A DNA stretch of 64,000 nt. Origin: the human T2T-CHM13v2.0 reference genome, Homo sapiens. Made by a program: the position numbers and the translations under genes. Shown piece by piece: positions 1 to 12,893 of this stretch. The DNA is taken from assembly GCF_009914755.1 (NCBI RefSeq), contig NC_060929.1. The stretch is one strand, 5' to 3'. Position 1 is the stretch's first letter; each line of letters begins with the position of its first letter. Below the pieces are notes generated by a model. The model did no database searches and was not told the DNA's origin. It was given only the letters and a program-made list of their open reading frames with translations.

Positions 1-3000
1 GTCTGAGAACGCTTCTGTCTAGTTTGCATGTGAAGATATTTCCTTTTCCATCTTAGGCCTCAAATCGATCCAAATATCCAATTGCAGACACCACAAAAAG
101 ACTGCTTCAAAACAGCTCTCGCAAAAGGAAGGTTCAACTCTGTGAGTTGAATGCACACATCACAGAGCAGTTTCTGAGAATGCTTCTGTCTAGTTTGTAT
201 GTGAAGATATCCCGTTTACAACAAATTCCTCAAAGAGGCCCCAATAGCAACAAGCAGATTCTACAAAAGCAGTGTTTCAAAACTGCTCTATCAAAAGGAA
301 CTTCCAACTCTGCGAATTGAACACACACATCACAAAGCAGTCTCTGAGAATGCTTCTGTCTGGTTTTTAGGTGAAGATATTCCTTTTTCCACCAGAGGCA
401 ACAAAGCACTCCAAACGAACACATGAAGATTCTACAAAAAGTGTGTTCCAACACTGCTCTATCAAAAGAAAGGTTCAAGTCTGGGAGTCCAATGTACATA
501 TCACAAAGAACTTTCTGAGAATGCTTGGGTCTACTTTTTATGTGAAGATAGCCGTTTCCAAAGAATTCTTCAAAGAGTTCCAGATATCCACAGGCAGATT
601 CTACAAAAGAAGTGTTTCTATACTGCTCTATCAAAAGACGTATTCAACTCAGTTTCTTTAATGCACACATCTCAATGAAGTTCCTGAGAAAGCTTCTGTC
701 TAGTTTTTATGTGAAAATATTTCCTTTTCCATCATGGGCCTCAAAGCGCTCAAAATGGACACTTGCAGATACTAGAGAAAGACTGTTTCAAAACTGCTCT
801 ATCCAAAGAACGGTTCCACTCTGTGAGGTGAATGCACACATCACAAAGCAGTTTCTGAGAACTCTTCTGTCTAGTTTGTATGTGAACATATTTCCTTTTC
901 CATCATAGGCCTCAAATCGCTCCAAATATCCACTTGCAGATACTACAAAAAGACTGTTTCAGAACTGCTTTCTCAAAAGAAAGTTTCAACTCTGTGAGTT
1001 GAATGCACACAGCACAAAGCAGTTTCTGAGAATGCTTCTGTGTAATTTGTATGTGAAGATATCCCGTATACGCCCAATTCCTCAAAGACCTCCAAATATC
1101 CACAAGCACATTCTACAAAAGCAGTGTTTCAAATCTGCTGTATCAAAAGAAAGGTTCAACTTTGTGAATTGGACACAAACATCTCAAAGGAGTTTCTGAG
1201 AAGGCTTCTTTCTAGTTTGTATGTGAACACATTTCTTTTTCCACCACAGGCAACAAAGCTCTCCAAATGAACACTTGCAGATTCCATAAAAAGTGTGTTT
1301 CAACACTGATCTATCAAAATAAGGTTTCAAGTCTGTAAGTTTAATGCACACATCACAAAGCAGTTACTGAGAATGCTTCTGTCTAGTTTGTAGGTGAAGG
1401 TATTTCCTTTTCCATCTTAGACCTCAAATCACTAAAAATATCCACTTGTATATACTACAAAAAGACTGTTTCAAAACCTCTCTCTCAAAAGGAAGGTTCA
1501 ACTCTGTGAGTTGAATGCACACATCACAAAGCAGTTTCTGAGCATGCTTCTGTCTAGTTTGTATGTGAAGATAGTTCCTTTTCCCTCATAGGCCTCAAAG
1601 CATTCCAAATATCGACTTGCAGATACTACAAAAAGACTGTTTCAAAACTGTTCTCTCAGAAGGAAGGTTCAACTCCGTGTGTTGAATGCACACATCACAA
1701 AGCAGTTTCTGAGAATGCTTCTGGCTAGTTTGTATGTGAAGATATCCCTTTGACAGCGAATTCCTCAAAGAGCTCCAAATATCCACAAGCAGATTCTAGA
1801 AAAGCAGTGTTTCAAAACTGCTCAATCTAAAGAAAGGTTCACCTCTGTGCATTGAACACACATATCACAAAGGAGTTTCGGAGAACGCTTCTTTCTAGTG
1901 TTTATGTGAAGATATTTCTTTTTCCACCATAGGCATCAAAGCGCTCCAAATGAACTCTTGCAGATTCTACAAATGTGTGTTTCAACACTGCTCCGTCTAA
2001 AGAAATGTTCAAGTCTCTGAGTTGAATGCACCCATCACAAAGCAGTTTCTGAGAATGCTTCTATCTAGTTTGTATGTGCAGATATTCCCGTTTCCATCTT
2101 AAGCCTCACATCGCTCCATATATCCACTTGAGGATACTACAAAAAACTGTTTCAAAACTGCTCTCTCAAAAGGAAGGTTCAACTCTGTGAGCTGAATGCA
2201 CACATCACAAAGCAGTTAATGAGATTGCTTCTGTCTAGTTTGTATGTGAGGATATTTCCTTTTCAATCTTAGACTTCCCATCGCTCCAAGTATCCACTTG
2301 CAGATATTTCAAAGAGACTGTTTAAAAACTGCTCTCTCAGAAGGAAGGTTCAACTCTGTGAGTTGAATGCACACACCACAAAGCAGTTTCTGAGAATGCT
2401 TGTGTCTAGTTTGTATGTGAAGATATCCCGTTTACAACGAATTCCTCAAAGAGCTCCAAATATCCCCAAGCAGATTCTACAGAAACAGTGTATCAAAACT
2501 GCTCTATCAAAAGAAAGGTTCAACTCTCTGAATAGAACAAACACATCACAAAGGAGTTTCTGAGAATGCTTCTGTCTAGTATTTATGTGAAGATATTTCT
2601 TTTTCCACCATAGGCAAAAAAACGCTCCAAGCGAACACTTGCACATCCTACAAAATGTGTGTTTCAACACTGCTCTTTCAAGAGAAAGGTTCAAGTCTGT
2701 GAGTTGAATGCACACATCACTAAGCAGTTTCTGAGAATGCTTCTGTCTAGTTTGTATGTGAAGATATCCCGTTTACAACGAAATCCTCAAAGATCTCCAA
2801 ATATCCACAAGCAGATCCTATAAAAGCAGTGTTTCAAAACTGCTCTATCAAAAGAATATTTCAATTCTGTGAATTTGACACACACTTCACAAAGGAGTTT
2901 CTGAGAATGTTTCTGTCTAGTTTTCATTTGAAGATATTTCTTTTTCCACCGTAGGCAACAAAGCGCACTAAATGAACACTTGCAGATTCTACAAAAGGCG

Positions 3001-4950
3001 TGTTCCAACACTGATCTCTCAAAAGAAACTTTGAAGTCTGTGAGTTTAAGGCACACATCTCAAAGAACTTTTTGAGAATGCTTGGGTCTCCTTTTTTTGG
3101 GAAGATACCAGCTGCCAACGATCTCCTGAAAGATTTCCAAATATCCACAAGCAGATTCTACAAAAGGAGTGTTTCAATTCTGCTCTATCAAAAGGCAGAT
3201 TCAACTCAGTTACTTGAATGCACACATCTCAGTGAAGTTCCTGAGCATGCCTCTGTCTATTTTTTTGTGAAGATATTTCCTTTTCCGCCAAAGGCTTAAA
3301 AGCTCTCCAAAATGAACACTCGCAGATCCTACAAAAAGACTGTTTCAGAACTGCTCTATCAAAAGGACGGTTCCACTCTGTGAGGTGAATGCACACATCA
3401 CAAAGCAGATTCTGAGAAAGCTTCTGTCAAGTTTGGCCGTGAAGATATTTCCTTTTCAATCTTAGTCCTCCCATTGCTCCAAGTATCCACTTGTAGAGAA
3501 TACAAAAAGATTGTTTCAAAACTGCTCTCTCAAAAGGAAGGTTCAACTCTGTGAGTAGAATGCACACATCACAAACCAGTTTCTGAGAATGCTTCTGACT
3601 AGTTTGAATGTGAAGATATCCCGTTTAAAACGAATTCCTCAAACAGCTCCAAATATCCACAAGAAGATTTTACAAAAGCAGTGTTTCAAAACTGCTTTAT
3701 CTAAAGAAAGGTTCAACCCTGTGAATTGAACAACTACATCACAAAGTATTTTCTAAGAATGTTTCTGTCTAGTTTTTACGTGAAGATATTTCTTTTTCAA
3801 GCATGGGCAAGAAAGCACTCTAAATGAACACTTGCAGATTCTACAAAATGTGTGTTTCAACCCTGCTCTATCAAAAGAAAGTTTCAAGCCTGTGATTTGA
3901 ATCCCCACATCACAAAGCAGTTTCTGAGAATGCTTCTGCCTAGTTTTTAGGTGAGGATATATCCTTTTCCATCTTAAGCCTGAAATCCCTCCAAACATCC
4001 ACTTGCAGATACTTCAAAAAGACTGTTTCAAAACTGCTCTCAAAAGGAAGGTTCAACTCTGTGAGTTGAATGCACACATCACAACGCAGTGTCTGAGAAT
4101 GCTTCTGTCTAGTTTGTATGTGAAGATATTTCCTTTTCCATCTTAGGCCTCAAATCGATCCAAATATCCAATTGCAGATACCACAAAAAGACTGCTTCAA
4201 AACAGCTCTCGCAAAAGGAAGGTTCAACTCTGTGAGTTGAATGCACACATCACAGAGCAGTTTCTGAGAATGCTTCTGTCTAGTTTGTATGTGAAGATAT
4301 CCCGTTTACAACAAATTCCTCAAAGAGCCCCCAATAGCAACAAGCCGATTCTACAAAAGCAGTGTTTCAAAACTGCTCTATCAAAAGCAACTTTCAACTC
4401 TGCGAATTGAACACACACATCACAAAGCAGTCTCTGAGAATGCTTCTGTCTGGTTTTTAGGTGAAGATATTCCTTTTTCCACCATAGGCAACAGAACACT
4501 CCAAACGGACACATGAAGATTCTACAGAAAGTGTGTTCCAACACTGCTCTATAAAAAGAAAGTTTCAAGTCTGGGAGTCCAATGTACATATCACAAAGAA
4601 CTTTCTGAGAATGCTTGGGTCTACTTTTTATGTGAAGATAGCCGTTTCCAAAGAATTCTTCAAAGAGTTCCAGATATCCACAGGCAGATTCTACAAAAGA
4701 AGTGTTTCAATACTGCTCTATCAAAAGACGTATTCAACTCAGTTACTTTAATGTACACATCTCAATGAAGTTCCTGAGAAAGCTTCTGTCTAGTTTTTAT
4801 GTGAAAATATTTCCTTTTCCATCATGGGCCTCAAAGCGCTCAAAATGAACACTTGCAGATACTAGAAAAAGACTGTTTCAAAACTGCTCTATCCAAAGAA
4901 CGGTTCCACTCTGTGAGGTGAATGCACACATCACGAAGCAGTTTCTGAGA
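1..4950 (-). repeat. Terminal part of an alpha-satellite higher-order repeat, unit 4090 bp = 24 monomers
   Basis: 1-860 aligns without gaps to 4091-4950 with 20 mismatches counted by eye (~97.7%), while neighbouring monomers differ much more. 24 box positions counted between the two copies. Confidence 0.9.
2426..2442 (-). promoter_or_regulatory. Variant CENP-B box, 9-bp core intact (similar at 2767-2783, 3619-3635, 7190-7206)
   Basis: TCCCGTTTACAACGAAT fits the reverse complement of the core pattern NTTCGNNNNANNCGGGN, with one C of the canonical TTTCC replaced by A. Confidence 0.65.
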
Positions 4951-5829
4951 ATGCTTCTGTCTAGTTTGTAGGTGAAGATATTTCCTTTTCCTTCATAGGC
5001 CTCTAATCGCTCCAAATATCCACAAGCAGATTCTTCAAAATGTGTTTCAACACTGCTGTATCAAAAGAAAGGTTCAAGTCTGTGAGTTGAATGCACACAT
5101 CACAAAGCAGTTTCTGAGAATGCCTCTGTCTAGTTTGTATGTGAAGATATTTCTTTTTCCGTCTTATGCCTCAAATCGCTCCAAATATCCACTTGCAGAT
5201 ACTTCAAAAAGACTCTTTCAAAACTGCTCTATCCAAAGAACGGTTCAACTCTGTGAGATGAATGCGCTCATCACAAAGCAGTGTTTGAGAATGCTTCTGT
5301 CTAGTTTTCATGTGAAGATATCCTGTTTACAGAGATTACCTCAAAGAGCTCCAAGTGTCCACTAATAGAAACTTTAACAGCAGTTTTTCAAAACAGCTCT
5401 ATCAAAAGAAAGGTTCAACTCTGAATTGAACACACGGATCACAAAGGTGTTTCTGAGAAAGCTTATGTCTGTTTTTTATATGAAGATATTTTCTTTTCCA
5501 CCTTACGCCCCAAAGCGCTCCAAATGAACACTTGCAGATTCTACAAAAAGACTGTTTCAAAACTGCTCTATGAAAAGAAGGGTTACACTCAGTGAGATAA
5601 ATGCACACATCACAAAGCAGTTTCTGAGAATGCTTCTGTCTATATATTATGTGAAGGTAACTGTTTCCAACATATTTCTCAAAGAGTTCCAAATATACAC
5701 AAGCAGATTCTGAAAAAGGATTATTTTAATACTGCTCTTTCAAAAGGTAGATTCATCTCTTTTAGTTGAATGCACACATCTCAAAGTAGTTCCTGAGAAT
5801 GCTTCTGTCTAGTTTTTATGTGAATATAT

Positions 5830-5846
5830 TTCCTTTTCCACCATAG
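5830..5846. promoter_or_regulatory. pJalpha (A-box) site, representative of many A-type monomers
   Basis: TTCCTTTTCCACCATAG at the box position of the monomer. Confidence 0.8.
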
Positions 5847-6269
5847 GCTTCAAAGCACTCCAAATGAACAGTTGCAGATTCTACAAAAGGACTGTTTCAA
5901 AACTGCTATATGAAAAGAAGTGTTCCACTCTGTAAGGTGAATGCACACATCACAAAGCAGTTTCTGAGAATGATTCTGACTAGTGTTTATGTGAAGATAT
6001 TTCTTTTCCCATCATAAGCCTCAAATCACTCAAAATATACACTTGCAGATAGTACAAAAAGACTGTTTCAAATCTTCTCTCTCAAAAGGAATGTTCAACT
6101 TTGTGAGTTGAGTGCACACATCACAAAGCAGTTTCTGAGAATGCTTCTGTCTAGCGTGATGTGAAGTTACCACGTTTACAAGGAATTCCTCAAAGAGCTC
6201 CAAATATCCACTAGGAGATCCTTAAAAAGCAGTGTTTCAGAAGTGCTCTATCAAAAGAAAGGTTCAACT

Positions 6270-7300
6270 CTGTGAATTGAAAATGCATATCACAATGGTG
6301 TTTCTGAGAATGCTTCTGTCTAGTTTTCATGTGAAGATATTTCCTTTTCCACCATATGCCCCAAAGCGCTAAAAATGAACAATTGCAGATTCTACAAAAA
6401 GTGTGCTTCAGCACTGCTCTATCAAAAGAAAGGCTCAACTCTGTGAGTTGAATGCACACAACACAAAGCAGTTTCTGAGAATTCCTCTGTCTAGTTTTTA
6501 TGTGTAGATATTTCCTTTTCCTCATATGACTCAAATCGCTCCAAATATCCTCTTGCTGATACTACAAAAAGACTGTTTCAAAACTGCTCTCTCAAAAGGT
6601 AGGTTCAGCTCTATGAGTTGAAGGCACACATCAAGAAGCAGTTTCTGAGAATGTTTCTGTCTAGTTTGAATGTGAAGATATCCCATTTACAACGAATTCC
6701 TCAAAGAACTCAAAATATCCACAAGCAGATTCTACAAAAACAGTGTTTCAATACTGCTCTATGAAAAGAAAGGTTCAACTCTGTGAATTGAAAACACACA
6801 TCCCAAAGTTGTTTCTGAGAATGCTTCTGTCTAATTTTTATGTGAAGATATTTCCTTTTCCACCATGGGCCCCAAAGCGCTAAAAATGAACAATTGCAGA
6901 TTCTACAAAAAGTGTGTTTCAGCACTGCTCTATCAAAAGAAAGGCTCAACCCTGTGAGTTGAATGCACACATACAAAGCAGTTTCTGAAAATTCTTCTGT
7001 CTAGTTTGTATGTGTAGATATTTCCTTTTCCTCATATGACTTGAATCGCTCCAAATATCCACTTGCACATGCTACGAAAAGACTGTTTCAAAACTGCTCT
7101 CTCAAAAGAAGATTCAGCTCTATGAGTTGCAGGCACACATCAAGAAGTAGTTTCTGAGAATGCTTCTGTCTAGTTTGAATGTGAAGATACCCCGTTTACA
7201 ACGAATTCCTCAAAGAACTCCAAATATCCATAAGCAGATTCTACAAAAACAGTGTTTCAATACTGCTCTATCAAAAGAAAGGTTCAACTCTGTGAATTGA
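6270..7300. repeat. Tandem duplication of a 3-monomer unit (~510 bp)
   Basis: Private motifs ccaaagcgctaaaaatgaacaattg (6361/6872) and ttcagctctatgag...catcaagaag (6604/7113) repeat at 509-511 bp. Ends approximate. Confidence 0.85.
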
Positions 7301-10300
7301 ACACACACATCACAAAGGAGTTTCTGAGAATTCTTGTGTCTTGTTTTTATGTGAAGATTTTTTTTTCCACTATAGGCAACAATGCACTCCAAATGAACAC
7401 TTGCAGATTCTACAAAAAGTGTGTTTCCACACTGCTCTTTCAAAAGAAAGGTTCAAGTCTGTGAGTTGAATGCACACATCACAAACAAGTTTCTGAGATG
7501 GCTTGGGACTAGTTTTTAAGTGAAGATATCCGTTTCCAATGAATTCCTCAAGGAGTTGAAAATATCCGCCAGCAGATTCTACAAAAGGAGTGTTTCAATA
7601 CTGCTCTATCAAAAGAGGGATTCAACTCTTTTAGTTGAATGCACACATCTCAAAGAAGTTCCTGAGAATGCTTCTATCTTGTTTTTATGTGAAGATATTT
7701 TCTTTTCTACCGTAGGCTTCAAAGCGCTCCAAAAGAACACTTGCAGATTCTTCAAAAAGACTGTTTCAAAACTGCTCTATTAAAAGAAGGGTTCCACTCT
7801 ATGAGGTGAATGCACACACCACGAAGCAGATTCTGAGAATGCTTCTTTCTATTTTTTATGTGAAGATATTCCCTTTTCCATCACAGGCTTCAAATCTCTC
7901 CAAATATCCACTTGCAGATACTACAAAAAGACTGTTTCATAACTGCTCTCTCAAAAGGAAGGTTCAACTTTTTGAGTTCAGTGCGCACATCACAAAGCAG
8001 TTTCTGAGAATGCTTCTGTCTAGTTTGAATGTGTAGGTATTTCCTCTTCCATCACATGCCTCAAATCGCTCCAAATATCCACTGACAGATACTATAAAAA
8101 GACTGTTTCAAAACTGCTCTATCAAAAGGAGTGTTCAACTCTGTGAGTTGAATGCACACATCACAAATTAGTTTCTGAGAATCCTTCTGTCTACTTTTTA
8201 TGTGAAGATATTCCCGTTTCCAACCAAGGCTTCAAAGCACTCCAAATATCTACTTGCATATTGTACAAAAAGAGTGTTTCAAAACTGTTCTATCAAAAGG
8301 AAGATTCAACTCTGTAAGTTGAATGCACACATCACAAGGAAGTATCTGAGAATAGTTCTATCTAGTTCTTATGTGGAGCTATTCCGGTTTCCAAGGAAGG
8401 CTTCTGACCATCAGAAATATCCACTTGCACATTCTACAAAAAGAGTGTTTCAAAACTGCTCTATCAAAAGGAAGGTTCAACTCTGTGAGTTGAATGCACA
8501 CATCACAAATACTCTTCTGAGAATCCATCTGTCTCTTTTTTATGTGAAGATATACCCGTTTCCAATGAAGGCTTCAAAGTACTACAGTTATCCACTAGCT
8601 GATTCTACACAAAATCTGTTTCAAAACTGCTCCATCAAAAGGAAGCTTCAACTCTGTGAGTTGAATGCACACATCAAAAGGAAGTTACTGAGAATGCTTC
8701 TATCTAGTTTTTATGTGAATATATTCCCGTTTCCAATGAATTCTTCAAAGCGATCCAAATATACACTTGCAGATACTACAAAAAGAGTGTTTTAAAACTG
8801 CTCTATCAAAAGGAAGGTTCATCTCTGTGAGTTGAATACACACATCACAAGGAAGTTTCTGACAATGCTTTTGTCTAGTTTTCGTGTGAATATATTCTCG
8901 TTTCCAACGAAGGCTTCAAAGCCCTCCAAATATCCACTTGCATATTCTACAAAAAGAGTGTTTCAAAACTGCTCTATCAAAAGGAAGGTTCAACTCTGTG
9001 AGTTGAATGCACACATCAAAAAGGAGTTTCTGAGAATGCTACTGTCAAGTTTTTATGTGGAGATATTCCCGTTTCCAATGAAGGCTTCTAACCACAAGAA
9101 ATATCCACTTGAAGATTCTACAAAAAGAGTATTTCAAAACTGCTCTATCAAAAGGAAGGTTCAACTCTGGGAGTTGAATGCACACATCAAAAGTACGTTT
9201 CTGAGAATGCTTCTGTCTAGTTTTTATGTGAATATATTCCCTTTTCCAAAGAAGGCTTCAAAGCACTCCAAATATACACTTGCAGACACTACAAAAAGAG
9301 TGTTTCAAACTGCTCTATCAAAAGGTAGGTTCAACTCTGTGAGTTGAATGCACACATCACAAGGAACTTTCTGAGAATGCTTCTGTCCAGTTTTTATGTG
9401 AAGATATTCCCGTTTCCAACGAACGACACAAAGCGGTCAAATTATCCCCTTGCAGATTCTACAAAAAGAGTGTTGCAAAACTGCTCTACCAAAAGAAATG
9501 TTTAACTCTCTAAGTTGAATGCAAACATCACAAGAACTTTCTGGGAATACTTCTGTCTAGTTCTTATGTGAAGATGTTTCCTTTTCCACCATAGTCCTCA
9601 AAGTGCTCCAAATGTCCACTTGCAGATTCTACAATAAGGGTGTTTCAAAACTGCTCGGTCAAAAGATAATTTAAACTCTGTGAGTTGAATGCACACATCA
9701 CAAAGTAGCTTTTGAGAATGCTTCTGTCTAGTTTTTAAGTGATGATATTACCGTTTCCAAAGAAGGCTTCAAAGCACTCCAATTATCCACTTGCAGATCC
9801 TACTAAAAGAGTGTTTCAAAACCACTCTATCAAAAGAAAGAATAAATTCTGTGAGTTGTAAGCACACATCACAAATTAGCTCCTGAGAATGCTTCTGTCT
9901 AGGTTTTATATGAAGATACTTCCTTTGCTTCAATAGGCCTGAAATCTCTCCAAATAAACAATTGCAGATTCTACCAAAGGAGTGTTTCAAAACTCCTCTT
10001 TGAACAGAAAGGTTCAACTCTGTGAGTTGAATGCCAACATCACAAAGTAGTTTCTGAGAATGTTCCAGTCTGGTATTTATGTGAAGATATTCCCGTTTCC
10101 AACGAATTCCTCAAACCTGTCAAAATATCCACTTGCAGATTCTACAAAAAGAGTGTTTCAAAACTGCTCTGTCAAAAGAAAGGTTAAAATCAGTGGGTTA
10201 AATGCACACATCAGAAACGAGTTTAAGAGTATGCTTCTTTCTAGTTGTTATACAAAGAAATTGCCTTTTCTACCTGAGGCATTAAAGGGATCCAAATATC

Positions 10301-10432
10301 CACATGTAGATTCTACAAAAAGTTTGTTTCAAAACTGCTCTATCAAAAAGAGTGTTTAAAGATATGAGTTTAATGCATCCATCACAAAGTAGTTTCTGAG
10401 AATCCTTCTGACTACTTTTTATGTGAAGATAT

Positions 10433-10449
10433 TCCCGTTTCCAACGAAG
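10433..10449 (-). promoter_or_regulatory. Canonical CENP-B box (also 11115, 11969, 13671, 15377, 15889, 16403, 17088, 17942, 18623, 19134, 21020, 21904, 22928, 26434, 27458, 38842, 39695, 42906, 44611, 45973, 47852, 53309)
   Basis: TCCCGTTTCCAACGAAG is the exact reverse complement of CTTCGTTGGAAACGGGA. Confidence 0.95.
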
Positions 10450-10795
10450 GCTTCAAAGCACTCCAAATATCCACTTGCATATTCTACAAAAAGAGTATTT
10501 CAAAACTGCTCTATCAAAAGGAAGGTTCAACTCTGTGAGTTGAATGCACACATCACAAGGAAGTGTCTGAGAATGCTTCTGTCTAGTTTTCAAGTGAATA
10601 TATTCTCGTTTCCAACGAGGGCTTCCAAGCACTCCAAATATCCAACTGCAGATAGTACAAAAAAAGTGTTTCAAATGTCCTCTATCAAAAGGAATGTTCA
10701 ACTCTGTGAGTTGAACTCACATCACAAGTAAGTTTCTGAGAATGCATCTGTCCAGTTTTTATGTGAAGACATTCCCGTTTCCAATGAAGGACACC

Positions 10796-11577
10796 AAGCG
10801 GTCAAAATATGCACTTGCAGATTCTACAAAAAGAGTGTTTCAAAACTGCTGTATTAAAAGGAAGGTTCAACACCGTGAGTTGAATGCACACATCACAAGG
10901 AAGTTTCTAAGAAAGCTTCTGTCTAGTTTTCTTGTGAATATATTCCCGTTTCCAATGAAGGCTTCAAAGCACTACAAATACACACTTGCAAATAGTACTA
11001 AAAGAGTGTTTCTAAACTGCTCTATCAAAAGGAAGGTTCAACTCTGTGAGTTGAATGCACACATCACAAGGAAGTTTCTTGGAATGCTTCTGTCCAGTTT
11101 GTATGTGAACATATTCCCGTTTCCAACGAAGGCTTCTCTCCACTAAAAATACCAACTTGCAGATTGAACAAAAAGAGTGTTTCCAAATTGCTCTATCAAA
11201 AGGAAGGTTCAACTCTCTGATTTGAGTGCACACATCACAAAGAAGTTTCTGAGAATTCAACTGTCTAATTTTTATATGAAGATATAGCCTTTTCCAATGA
11301 AGACTTCAAATTACTCTAATTAGCTACTTGCAGATTCTACAAAAAGAGTGTTTCAAAACTGCTCTATCAAAAGGAAGGTTCAACTCTGTGAGTTGAATGG
11401 ACAGATCACAATGAAGTTTCTGAGAATTATTCTGTCTAGTTTTCATGTGAATATATTCCCGTTTTCAACGAAGGCTTCAAAGCACTCCAAATATACACTT
11501 GCAGATACTCTAAAAGAGTGTTTCAAAACTACTCTATCAAAAGGAAGGTTCAACTCTGTGAGTTGAATGCACACATC
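10796..11577. repeat. 782-bp near-identical dispersed duplicate, copy 1 (copy 2 at 15058-15839)
   Basis: Constant offset of 4262. Identical translated ORFs 11012..11260 = 15274..15522 and 11348..11566 = 15610..15828. One mismatch seen (gatatagc vs gatacagc). Confidence 0.93.
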
Positions 11578-12893
11578 CCAAGGAAGTTTCTGAGAATGCT
11601 TCTGTCAAGTTTTTAATGTGAAGATATACCCGTTTCCAATGAAGGACAAAAAGCGGTCAAAATATCCACTTGCAGATTCTACAAAAAGAGTGTTTCAAAA
11701 CTGCTCTAGCAAAAGAAATGTTTAACAGTGTGAGTTGAATGCAAACATCACAAAGTATTTTCTGAGAATGTTTCTGTCTAGTTTTTAGGTGAAGATATTT
11801 CCTTTTCCACCATAGCCCTCAAAGTGCTCCAAATGTCCACTTGCAGATTCTACATTAAGAGAGTTTCAAAACTTCTCTGTCAAAAGACAGGTTAACTCTG
11901 TGAGTTGAATGTACACATCACAAAGTAGTTTTTGAGAATGATTCTGTCTAGTTTTTAGGTGAAGATATTCCCGTTTCCAACGAAGGCTTCAAATCACTCC
12001 AATTATCCACTTGCAGGTCCTACAAAAAGAGTTTTTCAAAGCTGTTCTATCAAAAGAAAGATTAAATTCTGTGAGTTGTAAGCACACAACACTATCTGGT
12101 TTCTCAGAATTCTTCTGTCTAGTTTTTATTTGAAGATATTTCTTTTTCTTCCATAGACCTCAAAGCGCTCCAAATATCCAATTGCAGATTCAACTAAAAG
12201 AGTGTTTCAAAACAGCGCTATGAAAAGAAAGGTCCAACTCTGTGAATTTAATGCAAACATCACAAAGAAGTTTCTGAGAATGCTTCTGTCTGGTATTTAT
12301 GTGATGATATTCCCGTTTCCAATGAATTCCTCAAAGCAGTCAAAATATCCACTTGGAGATTCTACAAAAATAGTGTTTCAAAACTGCTCTATCAAAAGAA
12401 AGGTTAAAATATGTGCGTTGAATGCACACATCAGAAACTAGATTATGAGAATGCTTCTTTCTAGTTTATACATAGAGAAATTTCCCTTTCTACCAGAGGA
12501 CTTAAAGGGATCCAAATATTCACGTGTAGATTCTACAAAAAGAGTGTTTCAAAACTGCTCTATCAAAAGGAGTGTTCAACTCTGTGATTTGAATGCAATC
12601 ATCACGAAGTAGTTTCTCAGAATCCTTCTGTCTACTTTTTAAGTGAAGATATTCCCGTTTCCAATGAAGGCTTCAAAGCACTCCAAATATCCGCTTGCAT
12701 ATTCTACAAAAAGAGTGCTTCAAATCTGCTCTATCAAAAGGAAGGTTCAACTCTATAAGTTGAATGCACACATCACAAAGAAGTTCCTGAGAATGCTTCT
12801 GTCTATTTTTTACGTGGAGATATTCCCGTTTCCAATGAAGGCTTCTCTCCACCAGAAATATCCAGTTGCAGATTCTACAAAAAGAGTGTTTCA

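Larger units (their letters stand above)
1..12893 (-). repeat. Alpha satellite (ALR/Alpha) tandem array, ~171-bp monomers
   Basis: The motif tgtgagttgaatgcacacatcacaaag...tttctgagaatgcttctgtctag...tccaaatatccacttgcagattctac recurs every ~171 bp. The + strand is the reverse complement of the usual cattctcagaaact... consensus. Confidence 0.99.

Noticed and set aside
1-4950. Assigning the HOR to a named array, chromosome or species
   Set aside because: Cannot be supported without a database comparison.
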